Below are positions 1 through 11,297 of a DNA stretch of 64,000 nt, piece by piece. The position numbers were made by a program, and so were the translations under genes. Below the pieces are notes generated by a model. It saw only the letters and a program-made list of their open reading frames with translations. It did no database searches and was not told the origin of the DNA. The DNA comes from Balamuthia mandrillaris (taxonomy: Eukaryota): the NCBI GenBank assembly GCA_031835245.2, contig JAVKOQ020000004.1, forward strand, positions 434,001 through 498,000, written 5' to 3'. Position 1 is the first letter of the stretch; every line of letters begins with the position of its first letter.

Positions 1-411
1 GAGTCGGTATGGGGCAAAGGCTCTGTTTTTTCCTTCATCTTATCTCTCACCTTCGATCCCGACTCATATCTGATGAAAGAGTCTTTGATGCAAGAAAGCG
101 AGAAAGACAGCGAAGACAGCCAAAGTGCTTCCGAAAAAACGGAGTTAGCAGAGAACGAAGTTGAGCACGGAATGCACATAACCGAACTGAAACTACGAGC
201 AAGGCAACACCCCGTCACTTGGTTCGACTGGCAGAGGTTTGTTCGGACACGGAGTGTCGGATCTTCGTGTGAATCTACCTTTTCCAACGCAGAAGACTGT
301 GAAGAAGCTATACCGATGCTTCCTGTTTCTCTGTCTCTTCCACCTCTGTGCCTTGATGGCGATGCAGAAGAAGATAAACCTGCATCAGCCGCAGGAGAGG
401 AGGAACTATGA
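1..411 (+). CDS. 3' end of a histidine kinase (HATPase_c G2-box strand plus acidic tail); 5' part outside the window
   Basis: Frame 1 is open from base 1: ESVWGKGSVFSFILSL... matches the S-x-x-G-x-G-S-x-F-x-F-x-L end of HATPase_c. It continues into the 73..411 ORF to a TGA stop. Confidence 0.6.
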   Translation, partial: ESVWGKGSVFSFILSLTFDPDSYLMKESLMQESEKDSEDSQSASEKTELAENEVEHGMHITELKLRARQHPVTWFDWQRFVRTRSVGSSCESTFSNAEDCEEAIPMLPVSLSLPPLCLDGDAEEDKPASAAGEEEL

Positions 412-480
412 CTTGTAAAATGCCTCTTGAAAAGATAAGAAAAAAATAAGCACAAAAAAACTATAGCTTCATTTTTTGCT

Positions 481-1841
481 TCACATGAAAATAGAAGAGA
501 TTGTTTGAAGAGGAGAAGAGAGAGAAGCAGCAGTGCTGCCATCTCCGTTGTTGAAAGTGCCAGGAGGACACTTGATGCCCTGCCCCGGTTCCGCGATGTC
601 CTCCACGTTGCATCCACAGAAGCCAGGTGTGGACTTCAGGGGATCCTCTGGGCAGAGATCCACGCAGTCGGGAGTGCCGTCTCCATCGCTGTCGGTTTCG
701 GGCTCTCCGCATCCACAAAAGCCTGGCTCTGACTTGTTGGGATCTTCGGGGCACAAGTCATCACAATGATAACCATCCTGAGAAGAAGGAGGAAGTAAAT
801 AATTCTAGTTCTAAAAAGTAAGGCATGAACAAGTATACTTACTTCATCCTCGTCTATACAGGTACATTCCTTGTTGCTCGGAAGTGGGAGAGGACGGTTA
901 GAAGGGCAAGGGATGTTCTCGCCGTCAGGGATGAAGGCCATGGCGGTACCATCCTCAAAGAAGGGACGACCTCCCTCCTGATAACGAGGCTGAGCGGCAG
1001 GGCAATCCTCAGGGATCAGAGCGAACTCTGTAAATGATGCGCTGGCGTCTTGGATGCCAGCAAAGGCGCCCTTCCACGTGGTCACTTCTCCTTTATCCTT
1101 GTATTGGAAGATGATGACACCGTTGTCCACCAAGATGGTTTGAACGGTAACTGCCTTCGTGTAAACGAAGCCCGCTGTTTTGTTTTATTGGTTTTGTTTT
1201 TGAAAGGTTTTTGTTAGTATTGTTTACGCTGAGCGAACCAGTTTAACGGACGTACCAATAGCCCAAGAGACGTCTCTGAACTCCAAGACGAAGCAAGCGT
1301 GGTCGCTCAGGAGGGAATAACTGCAGTTCTGTTGGCTGGCATAGTGATAGCTGCACTGTCCGGGAAAGTTGTCCGTGCAGGAGGCCAAAGAGCCGTAGAA
1401 CCAAGCGATAGCACGGCTGAAGGCAACTGTTGGCCAACAGCTCAAAGTACTGCCCAAAGAAGGGCATGTAGCGTCAAACGTGAGGACGCCATCATAATGC
1501 GCTTTCATCGAGTTATAACTGGTTTTACACGGGGTATTGTAAGACTTTTTCCCCCCCACAAAAGCAAAAAGGACCAAAACACACAAAAACTAAAATAAAA
1601 AGAGAAGAGGCGAACGTTTGGTTGAAGAACGGAAAGTCAAAGCCCAGAGAAAAGTCTTCGCAACCCGCAGAAAGCTGAAACTCCTGACCGATGTCTGTAA
1701 GGTTTAGCCATTCGAAATGGAGAGTCGGCTCGGTAAGGACATAACTATTGGTAGCTCCTTCAGAAGCTCCTTTTTTTTTTTCGGAATAACAATAAAGTAT
1801 GAGTTCAAACGTTTTTTTTTTTGGCGCTGCTGGAACAACGC

Positions 1842-1873
<32 letters not shown>

Positions 1874-1943
1874 GAAAAAAGAGTGTCCACAAACCGAAGA
1901 ACCCGACAACAACAAGCAGCACCGCCAACGCAACTGTCCTCAT
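481..1943 (-). CDS. Secreted or surface protein: signal peptide, NIDO/PLXDC-like domain, Cys-rich thrombospondin type-3-like repeats (about 5 exons)
   Basis: Begins MRTVALAVLLVVVGFFG|ASEG. Contains LGFDFPFFNQTF...YDGVLTF...AIAWFYG...ILVDNGVIIFQY. Has two DLCPEDPxKSxPGFCGC repeats around DSDGDGTPDC. Ends in a weakly hydrophobic C-terminus. Confidence 0.6.
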
Positions 1944-2226
1944 CTTCCTCTTTCTTTTTTGTCTTCTGGTCCTGGTAGTGTAATGTTTGGCGTTACCTAA
2001 TTGTTTAATGAAGTACCAGTCGAGGGTTCCGGTAGTTTCGGATATTTATATTAATTGATGGTAATATACCAAGTATCAACCTATTATAACTTATGATATA
2101 ATATATCCTATTAGAATTTGTTGCATACATATTACTAATCCATTGTATGTCATGCTAGAAGGATTTCCATCATCAACATATTACGTGATAGGTATAATAT
2201 GAAAATGTTGATATTCTAATAGGCTA

Positions 2227-5200
2227 TTAGTATCCGCGATGAGCGATGGGAGCACGAACGACGGCATCGGGAAAGCCCCACCCGGCCAGCAGAGAGCTGA
2301 CGTGAGGCCGTAGACCCACGCAATGCTCGTTGATGTGGTTGCTGATGATGCGATGAAGCGGTGCTCCGGTGTCTCTGTTGTTGGTGCTGCTTGGCATAAA
2401 GTTGGTACTGAGGAAGAATCCCTATTTTAAGAAAATAAAAATAAAGAAGAGGACAAAAAACAAAAGAAGAGAGTAAATAGAAGACGTACGAGATGCTTCT
2501 CTAAACGTCCTAAAGCATAGAGACAATAGAGCTTGCGAAGCACCGGCTGCAATGATTTATCTGCACGGGCGATACCATCCAAAAAGTGTTGCTGTTTTGG
2601 GGGTAAGATAGGTGAGCGCATGTAATTGTCTTTTGCCGGAGGAGATCAAGACAAAAGATTTCGTACTAGAACCAAGCGCTCAGCAAACGCATCGGCAGCT
2701 TGTAGAGCAATGTCAAGGTTATCATTCCATGCTTCCGCTTGGGACTTCTGTCTTTGGGCTTTAATTTTCTCTGCCAGTTCTCTCACCAAATATCCTGATT
2801 TGTGTGGAACGGAAGATGTCATTAGAAGAATGTAACAAGAGCAAGAACATGAAAGGAAGATGATGACTATGGTGAAGCAGAATACCTTCATGGAATTGGA
2901 ATGCTTTCAGCTGAAAGTGCGGGCAGAGCAGCTGCTCCGCTTGAAAACCATCCATTCTCGAAGAAGAGGTTGCCCGTTGGAAAAGAGGTTGTATATCGTC
3001 CATGTAGCTCAACCATGTGTCCTTAAACTGCATGCTGTTGCGACAGCCCTTGATGTACTGAGCCAACAGCTCTCTCGCCACTTGTTGATATAATACCTTT
3101 TCATGTTGAAGAGACAGGCCAAAATAAATGATAATGGATGATAGTTAATAGAAGAGATAGAATGTACTGTGTTGTCGCCTTCAAATGTAAGAAACGCATC
3201 TGAATCTGCTTTGAGAAGACTGAACTGGCTATCGGCTCTATAGCCTAATCCGCCACAACACTCGCGAGCCATTTGTAGCGTCCTTGACATGAACCAGGTG
3301 CTGTGTGGCTTCATAGCAGAGGCTAGAATGTGTACCTCCTTTGCCACTCCCATGCCAGTTCGTTTCTTCGTTGCAAAACTGGTAGTTGTTTTTCATTTTG
3401 TTGTTGTTAGAATGGCAGAGACGGGATGCAAGAAGAAGAAGAAGAAGAAGAAGAAGAAGAAGAAGAAGAAGAAGAAGAACAAGAAGAACAAGAAGAACAA
3501 GAAGAAGAACAAGAAGAAGAAGAACAACAACAACAACAAGAAGAAGAAGAAGAAGAAGAACAAGAAGAACAAGAAGAACGAAGAGAAAGAAGAATAAGAA
3601 GGAAGAAAAAAGAAAAAGAAAAGCACACTAGAACTCAATAACAATGAGGCGGAAGGCAATGTACCTGTGAATAACAAAGTTGTTTATAAATGTATGGGCA
3701 TAAGCCTCAGCAATGAGTGGAAGTAGCCGACGTTGGTGGGACAAATAATCCATCAACCGAACTCCAAACTGAGTACGAGAGAGAGCATATCTAGTGGCAA
3801 TAATGAGACCTTGTTTGGCCACAGTGGTGCCAGCTGCTTGAAGCAACACTCTTCCACCAACAAGTTCTCCTGGAATTGCGGAGATGTCAGAATCAACTTG
3901 AAAGAAGGAAAGTGGAGAAGAAAGGAGAAGCAACAAAAAGAGATGGGAAATAACGGGAAGACAAAGAAGAGAGGATATCAGACAGCCTTAATTACGGTAC
4001 CCAGATGGGCAGCAAACCGTCGAACAGGATCAGAAATAGGACTGCTGTACACCCCATTCTCATCTACATTGCCAAAACGGTCGAGAAGGTTCTCGCGTGG
4101 TACACGAACGCGGTCGAAGCGGATGCACCCATTGTCCACTCCATTAAGACCCAGTTTAACGCCAACATCAGTAACTGTTACTCCCGGCACCGTCTCCAGG
4201 TTTGCTGTACTTCTTGCTTCCGCAGACAAAGGACGGTGAATGGGACAGATAAAAGTGTGGATGCCATGATTGGTGCCATCCGGCATTACGAGTTGAGCAA
4301 AGACGATGCCTTGTTCGGCAGTGAGTGCGCCGCCGATCCAGTACTTTTGGGCGAGCGTTGTTGGAGTGTGGATGATAAACTCTTTGGTTTGAGGATCATA
4401 TGTTGCTGTTGTTTCTAGTCCTCTTACATCTGATCCATGTCCCAATTCTGTAGAAGCATCGTGAGAAAGCAGAAAACGAGAACAAGAACAAGAATAGGAA
4501 GAAACAACGAAAAAAAAAAAAATAACACAAACCGCTCATAGCGAAGCAACCGAGTAGATCGAGGCTAGTTACAGCGTCAACTAGGTGTTGATGACGCTGG
4601 CTGCCAAGGCTGAGCAGACCACCTCCCATCAAGCTGTATTGGGCAGCAAACTTGACGACCACCGACATATCCAACAACGACAGGGCTGCCATCACGTTGC
4701 AAAACCTATGAGGATCTGTTTCCAGGTCTCTAACCGAGAATATTTTCGCCTCCACCACTCGTTTCATTCGTCTTTCATGAGAACGAGCGAGGAGCATGAG
4801 TGTGACACACATAGAGAAGAGAAGCAGAGAAGCAGAGAAGAAAGAGAAGAGAGCGAAGAGAGAAGAGAAGAGCGAGAGAGAAGCAGAGAAGAGAGCATAG
4901 AAGCAGAGAAGAGGATGGTACCGGAAGCAAAGGTCACGCTGCTCAGAAAGGGAGAGGTCCGGCTGATACTCTGCAAAGAGCGGCTCCTTGGCAAGCTGCC
5001 ACACCTTGTGCAGGTCCTCCCGATTGCGCGGCAGCATCAGCAGCGACATGGCCGCAGGATCAAACGCAAGCTCACCGACAGCGGACGTGCTAGCACAGCC
5101 CAGCTGCTCCTGCCCCTCCTCTCTGTTCCACAAAAACCACCGAACCGAAAAGCGCGATTAGCTATATTCTATCCTTCGCATGACACCCTTTAAATAAAAA

Positions 5201-5306
5201 TATACAAACATACGTACATGCTTGTTGCAGATCTTTCGCCATGGAGATGACGACAGGTAGCCGCGGCTCTGCGCAGCGCTACTGTGGTTTGCTGTGAAAG
5301 CGACAT
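2227..5306 (-). CDS. ACOX: Peroxisomal acyl-CoA oxidase (multi-exon) with N-terminal PTS2-like signal
   Basis: Motifs GCFAM..GHGSDVRGLETTATYDP, AQKYWIGG, GLNGVDNG, RYALSRTQFG, RECCGGLGY, FEGDNTV. The last exon ends VVRAPIAHRGY* (stop at 2227). A first exon 5306-5218 splices in frame to 5122. Confidence 0.93.
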
Positions 5307-5479
5307 ATAGGACGCAGGTCAGAAAGCCTTCGTTACGACAGACTGAGTCTCTTTCTTTTCTTTTCTAGTTGTCGACTTTATTTCTCTTTTTGTCGACATG
5401 CGACTTTTTTTTGTGCACACGTGGACCAATTTTACTGTACAATTTGTATAGAGGTTATGTACAAAAGTGTCCCTTCGAG

Positions 5480-8400
5480 CTAAAGGAGGATGCTATCGGA
5501 GCCCAACTGCGCGGGACCCCCAAGGGTGGCCTCTTTCGCGGTGGTGTTCGGTGCGGCAGAGTCCGCTGCACGGGGGTTGAGTTGGTACTGAAGCGAGTCC
5601 GTTCCGGCTTCGTGGTCAATGCGCAGGACGGTGCGGTCGGCGAGCTCTCCGCCGAGTATCATCTCGGAGAGCTGTGTTCCGATGACGTTCTCCACGAAAC
5701 GCCGAATGGGACGAGCGCCGTAGGCGGGTTGATAGGCCTTCTCCAAGACAAAATCCAACGCGCGGTCCGATACTTGCAGCTCGATCTGCCTCTCAGCAAG
5801 AGGCTTCACCAGCGAGTTCATTTGCAGTCGAACGATGGACAAAAGATTGGCTCGGGTGAGCGGGTTGAAGACCACGATATCATCTAACCGGTTGAGAAAC
5901 TCTGGCTTGAAGTTTCTTCGCACTATAGCCATCACTTGCTCTTTCACGTTTTCTCCGATGCCACCTCCGTTGGCTTTGCTATCCAAAGCTTGAAGCAGCA
6001 CTTCAGAGCCAAGATTCGAGGTCATGATGATGACAGTGTTGCTGAAATCTACGGTCCGTCCTTGCCCATCGGTCATGCGTCCGTCATCCAACACCTGCAA
6101 CAGAACGTTCCAAACAAGTGGGTGGGCCTTCTCTATCTCATCCAAAAGTACCACGGTGTAAGGCCTCCTCCTCACGCTCTCCGTCAGCTGTCCTCCTTGG
6201 TCGTAACCAACGTAACCAGGAGGAGCTCCAATCATCCTGCTTACGGAATGGGCTTCCATGTACTCTGACATGTCGATGCGAACGATGTTGTCGGCATCTT
6301 CGAAGAGCTCCTCCGCCAAGGCTTTAGCCAGAGCAGTTTTGCCCACTCCTGTTGGACCGAGAAAAAGGAAAGTGCCTTGTGGCTTCCCGCGAGGGCTCAG
6401 TCCAGCTCTGCTGCGAAGCACGGCGTTGGCGACGGCGGTCACAGCTGCATCCTGTCCGATCACTTTGGAGCGTAGCCGTTGAGAGAGGGAGAGTAGTCTG
6501 TCCCTCTCACTCTGGCTGAGCTTTGAGACTGGAATACCGGTCCATCGACTTACCACCTCAGCAATCTGTTGAGGTCCAACTGTTTCCACCAATAGCCTTG
6601 TGTCTTCTTCATCTTCGCCTTCTTGCTTATGTGAAGCTTCCAACAGCTCCTCAAGCTCTTTTTCTAACTGAGGAAGAGTCTCATACCGTAGTTCAGCAGC
6701 TTTGTTAAGGTTGTATCTTCGTTCGTTCTGTTCGATGGCCCATTCAGTGTCTTCTATCTCCTTTCTCAGCTCCGCCAGACGATCCAGTTTTGATTTCTCC
6801 TGCTGATACTTTGCTTTGATGACATCCAGTCGTTCGTTGGCTTCTGCCAGCTCTCTTTGAACGGTCGCTAAGCGAACTGCCAGATGGTGGCTGTCTCTCT
6901 TCTCCGTCTCTATTTCCTTTTCTAAAGCCGTTGCTTCGATCTCCAAACGAAGAATGGTGCGCTCCAGTTGATCGATGACTTCAGGCTGGCTGTCTAGTTC
7001 GACTCTCGTGTTGGCGCAAGCTTCATCCACCAAATCGATCGCTTTGTCCGGAAGAAAACGACCCATGATATACCTATATAATGACAGATAAAAGAGTCAT
7101 TGTTTGTGTCATATACATTAACAAAACCATCCTTACCTATCTGAAAGTTGAGCAGCAGCCACAAGTGCACTGTCCGAGATCCGAACTCCATGATGCGACT
7201 CGTACCTATCCTTCAACCCTCTGAGAATACTTACCGTATCCTCCACTGAAGGCTCGTCAACAAACACCTGTTGGAATCTTCTCTCAAAGGCAGCATCCTT
7301 CTCCACATGCTTCCTGTATTCATCGAGAGTGGTTGCTCCGATGCATCGCAGCTCTCCTCTTGCCAACATGGGCTTCAGGAGATTGGCGGCATCCATAGGA
7401 GAACCTTCGGCCTTCCCCGCCCCAAGCACGTTGTGTATCTCGTCTATGAAGAGGATGACGGAACCTGCGGAGTCGGAGACCTCGGAGAGAACAGCTTTGA
7501 GGCGTTCCTCGAATTCGCCACGATACTTGGCACCAGCTACCAGTCGTCCCATGTCCAAGCTTACCACTCGGCAGTGCTTCAAGTTCTCTGGTACATCTCC
7601 TCTTACGATTCTCTGCAACAGATAAGATAGCAAAACGTAAATGAATGAATTACCGTGAAGCAAAGAAGGAAAACAAAGAATAAGGGAGCCGAACCTTTGC
7701 TAATCCTTCCACGATGGCAGTCTTACCTACGCCAGGTTCTCCGATAAGAACCGGATTATTCTTGGTCCTCCTTGACAACACTCTTACTACCCTCCTTATC
7801 TCGTCATCTCTGCCAATTACCGGATCCAACTTGCCCTCTTCCGCTAGAGCCACCAGATCAGTGCCGTACTTGTTCAGCGCCTCGTAGGCTGCCTCTGCGC
7901 TGTGGCTCTCCACCTTTCTCCGGCCTCTAATCTCGTTGATGACGCTCTCCAAGCGGCTGCGTGTGAAGCCAGCCGAGTTGAAGACCTCTCCCACGTGTGC
8001 GTCCCCCATAAGCCCCATTAAGAGGTGATCGACCGCCAAGAACTGGTCACCCTTGTTGCGACGTACTGTGTCGGCCGTGGATATGACGTTGGTGATGGCT
8101 GCCGACGTGCTGATTTGTTCTGGGGGAGGACTTTGTTGGGCTATTCCGTTTAGCTTGTCCTTCAAGCCCTGTTGTTTTGTCGCATTGTGAGTTTTCGTCG
8201 ACCAAAAAAGACAGGCAGAAAAGAAAAGAAAGAAAGAAGGAACGATAAGAAAGACATAACGGAGAGAAGGAGAGAGAGCGAAAGGGAGAGAGAAAGTTTG
8301 GAAGAGGAAAGAAAAAGAAATACTCCAGAGAGTAATCACAAAGAATGAGACACCAAGAGAAACAAAATGTGGAATATACGCAGTAGAAGCAACGAAGAGA

Positions 8401-8706
8401 GAGAGAGAGAGAGAGAGAGCTTACATTTTTGATGGCTTTCACCGAGATGCCGGCCCTCTCACAGACCCTTCTGGCGAGGCCGTCGTTGTCGGCAAACAAG
8501 GCGGTAGCCAGGTGGACCGGCATCAGGCGGGCGTTGCCCTGGCTCTGCGCCAAGGCGACCGCGTTGTTCAACATCTCGACCGTCTTCTGAGTGAAGGTGT
8601 TGGGGTCGACGCCCCATTGGGCCGCCACCATGGAGCGGTGGGGCAGGAACCCGACCGCACAAAAGAGGACGAAAAGGATGGCCGGCATCTTTCGAAATGA
8701 AGTCAT
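5480..8706 (-). CDS. clpB/HSP101: ClpB/Hsp101 AAA+ disaggregase (4 exons, about 8706-8423, 8169-7694, 7613-7136, 7074-5480) with a signal-peptide-like N-terminal extension
   Basis: [14 protein letters not shown], Walker A GEPGVGKT and GPTGVGKT, Walker B LFIDEIH and LLDEIEKAH, pore loops GAKYRG and GYVGY, and a coiled-coil M-domain. Confidence 0.96.
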
Positions 8707-8955
8707 GCTGTTTCCAAAAGGAAAATGAGCGGAGTGAAGAGGCGTACTTGTGTTATCGTTGTGTGTGTGGGACGTCTTCCTCTAGGATGTGATACCGTTT
8801 GGTCTGTGCGTCTATAATGCCTGTGGATGGCAACGGACCTGGTTTTTTTTTTCTGTTGGATGGTGTGCGTGGAGTGCACCACCTGCCCACGTGGAGCATT
8901 GCCATTGGACCAACGCGCCCACTTTTCAAATATTCCGCAATTCCCCATTTGAGAT

Positions 8956-9017
8956 GAAAGTTCACAGCAGTTCCATTCGAAATTCCAGTGGAAACTTCCA
9001 GCAGTTCCACTCGAATT
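8956..9017. promoter_or_regulatory. Imperfect ~28-bp direct repeat of heat-shock-element-like GAAnnTTC units upstream of Hsp101
   Basis: gaaagttcacagcagttccattcgaaatt (8956) and gaaacttccagcagttccactcgaatt (8991), about 250-300 bp upstream of the ATG. Confidence 0.45.
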
Positions 9018-9708
9018 GGATTGAATGCTCAGATGGGATTCCCTCTCTGGGGCGTCGAGGGAATGAATAGGTCCTCCTCCGAGACGGATAATGCACCCAG
9101 CAAGACTCGTATGTCGTGAGGTGGGTGAATGTGTTGGTTATATGGAAAGACCTCTTCCGAGGACTCTCCCGCTGTGCCTGTGGGTGAATGTGTTGGTTCC
9201 TAACGGAAGGCGCTTTGATGTCATCAATCCTCAGGAAGGATAGTCACGTCTGCACACAGCGGATTCAGCTGCTTCAACACTCGTACCCATTGATAGACCA
9301 CAGGCACAGGAATGGTAAGCAGGTCCTGCCTTCCTCAGAAGCTTCGTTGTTTTCAAGAGGCGAAACGGACAAAAAAGATGACGCCACGGAGTAACATATT
9401 AAATGTCGACATGACGACATTAATTCCTCAAAAAAAAAAAAGTAGAAGTCGAGGGTCCGAAAATCTTGTTGATCCGATGACCCCTCGTAAAAGAAGGAAA
9501 CTTCGCCACAAACGAAAAGAAGAAAGTAAGAGGAGCCTCGCTTCCCTCCCTCCTTTTGTTTTTTGTTGTTGTCCGGGTTGTTGGCTTGCTTCTCCAAGTC
9601 CAACGGTTGGTTTGCCTTCCTTTGCCTCAAGCTCCACTTTTTCCGTTCGGCTTTTTTTCTTTCAAACCAAACGCTGAAAAGAGTGGTTAGGTTAGCACAG
9701 GTTCCTCT

Positions 9709-10241
9709 ATGTCGACAAAAAAAGATGCGGACAGCAGCTCCACCTCCTCCTCGGCGGCAGCGCCAGCGCCAGAGTCGCTCGCCAAATCAGAGGACGTCTC
9801 CAAAGTGGAGCTCGAGAGCGTGAACCGCCCCATCTTCCTCGTCAAGATGCCCGTCTTTGTGGCCAAGCACTGGCACAACCTCCCGCCAGGCGCTGAATTG
9901 GGGCGCGTCACCATGCCAGAGGAATTCTTCGCCATCACGGAGGCCGTCGGGCGTGAGATGAGCCCCAGTGCCAAGAGCCAGACGGGGGAAGTGCGCAAGA
10001 GGAAGATCGCAGAGGAGGCGGAGAACCTGAGGAAGCTCTCTGGGGCGGAGCTGCAGATCACCGCCCCTGAAATTTTGCAGCAGGGCACTTATCCTGATAG
10101 ACACACGCTGAAGATCCAATCCGTGCCGAACCCTTCTTACTGTTTCATCGAAGGTTCAAATTTGCTCTTCTATCTTAGCTCACTTTCTTTTGTGGTTCCT
10201 CTTCTTGTTACCCCTCTTCTTCTTGTTGATGTTGTTGCCGT

Positions 10242-10324
<83 letters not shown>

Positions 10325-11093
10325 CATATGTTGTTGCTGTTCTTGCTGTTCTTGTTCTTCTTCTTCTTCTTCTTCTTCTTCTTCTTCTTCTTCTTCTTCT
10401 TGTTCTTCTTCTTCTTCTCCTTACTAACTTTTCAATCAAACTTTTATCTCTTCAGAGCGACAAAAGAAAAGAGTAAAGATGCAAGGCACAGTAGCAGCGC
10501 GAATGATATGCGAGCCACATGACACCAAGACCTACCGCACCCTTGTCAAGAACCGCCAGGAGGCCTCCGAACAAGTGACGATGTTCCTACGGCCCTACGA
10601 CGATAGTGAGCCGGCCTCTCAGCCAAAACCTTTCACTCGACAGGCGCCAAAGAAAGCCGAAGCGCCCGACAAGAAGACGCGCCTCGATAGACAAGACCTC
10701 ATCAACCTGCTGTTCTTGCACTTTGAACAGAAGCCTTATTGGACGCTCAAGGATTTGTTGCACGTTACTAAGCAGCCAACGGTTTGTACTTTCATTCTTT
10801 TCGACCTGAAACTTTTGGCATTCGGTTTTCTTTTCATTTTTCTATTCCCTATTTCTGTTGAACTCTCTCGTTCTCTTTTTCGGTTTTCGTTATCTTTTAT
10901 CATTCCTTTTTCTTTTTCTTTCGTTGGAGATAAAGCTAACAACGCAACACAAAACCAAACAAAAAAGGTGTGGTTGAAGCAAATATTGACAGAGTTATGC
11001 ACCATCAACAAGAAAGGTCCTAATAAGAACAAATGGGAACTGAAACCAGAATACAAACAACGAGGCGGTGGGGATGAGGCTGGTGCTGGATGA
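9709..11093 (+). CDS. GTF2F2: Transcription initiation factor IIF beta subunit (RAP30), 3 exons
   Basis: N-terminal IFLVKMPVFVAKHW. C-terminal winged helix RLDRQDLINLLFLHFEQKPYWTLKDL..TKQPT|VWLKQIL..KGPNKNKWELKPEYK. Confidence 0.9.
10242..10420. repeat. Intronic (TTG)n plus (TTC)n microsatellite
   Basis: Lies in TFIIF beta intron 1. Similar compound tracts occur at 3431-3595, 13095-13270, 16140-16300 and 31190-31306. Confidence 0.9.
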
Positions 11094-11297
11094 GCGCTTG
11101 TCTTCCGGTCTTTTTATCACCACCACCTTGTTTATTTTGCTTTTTTTTTTTCGGTCCAAAAATTCTCTTTTCACATAGACATGAGAGCGTATAGGTGAGA
11201 GCGCACCATATTCAGGACGACACGAAATTAAAGGATCACGTCGTCCCAGTCGCAAATTATCGGGACGACGTGGAAATGGATTAAAAAGAAAGAAAGA

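Noticed and set aside
3289..3677. Poly-K/E/R/F ORFs here and at similar tracts (10170-10522, 12707-13278, 14421-15099, 37114-37512)
   Set aside because: These are stop-free translations of intronic microsatellites, not proteins.
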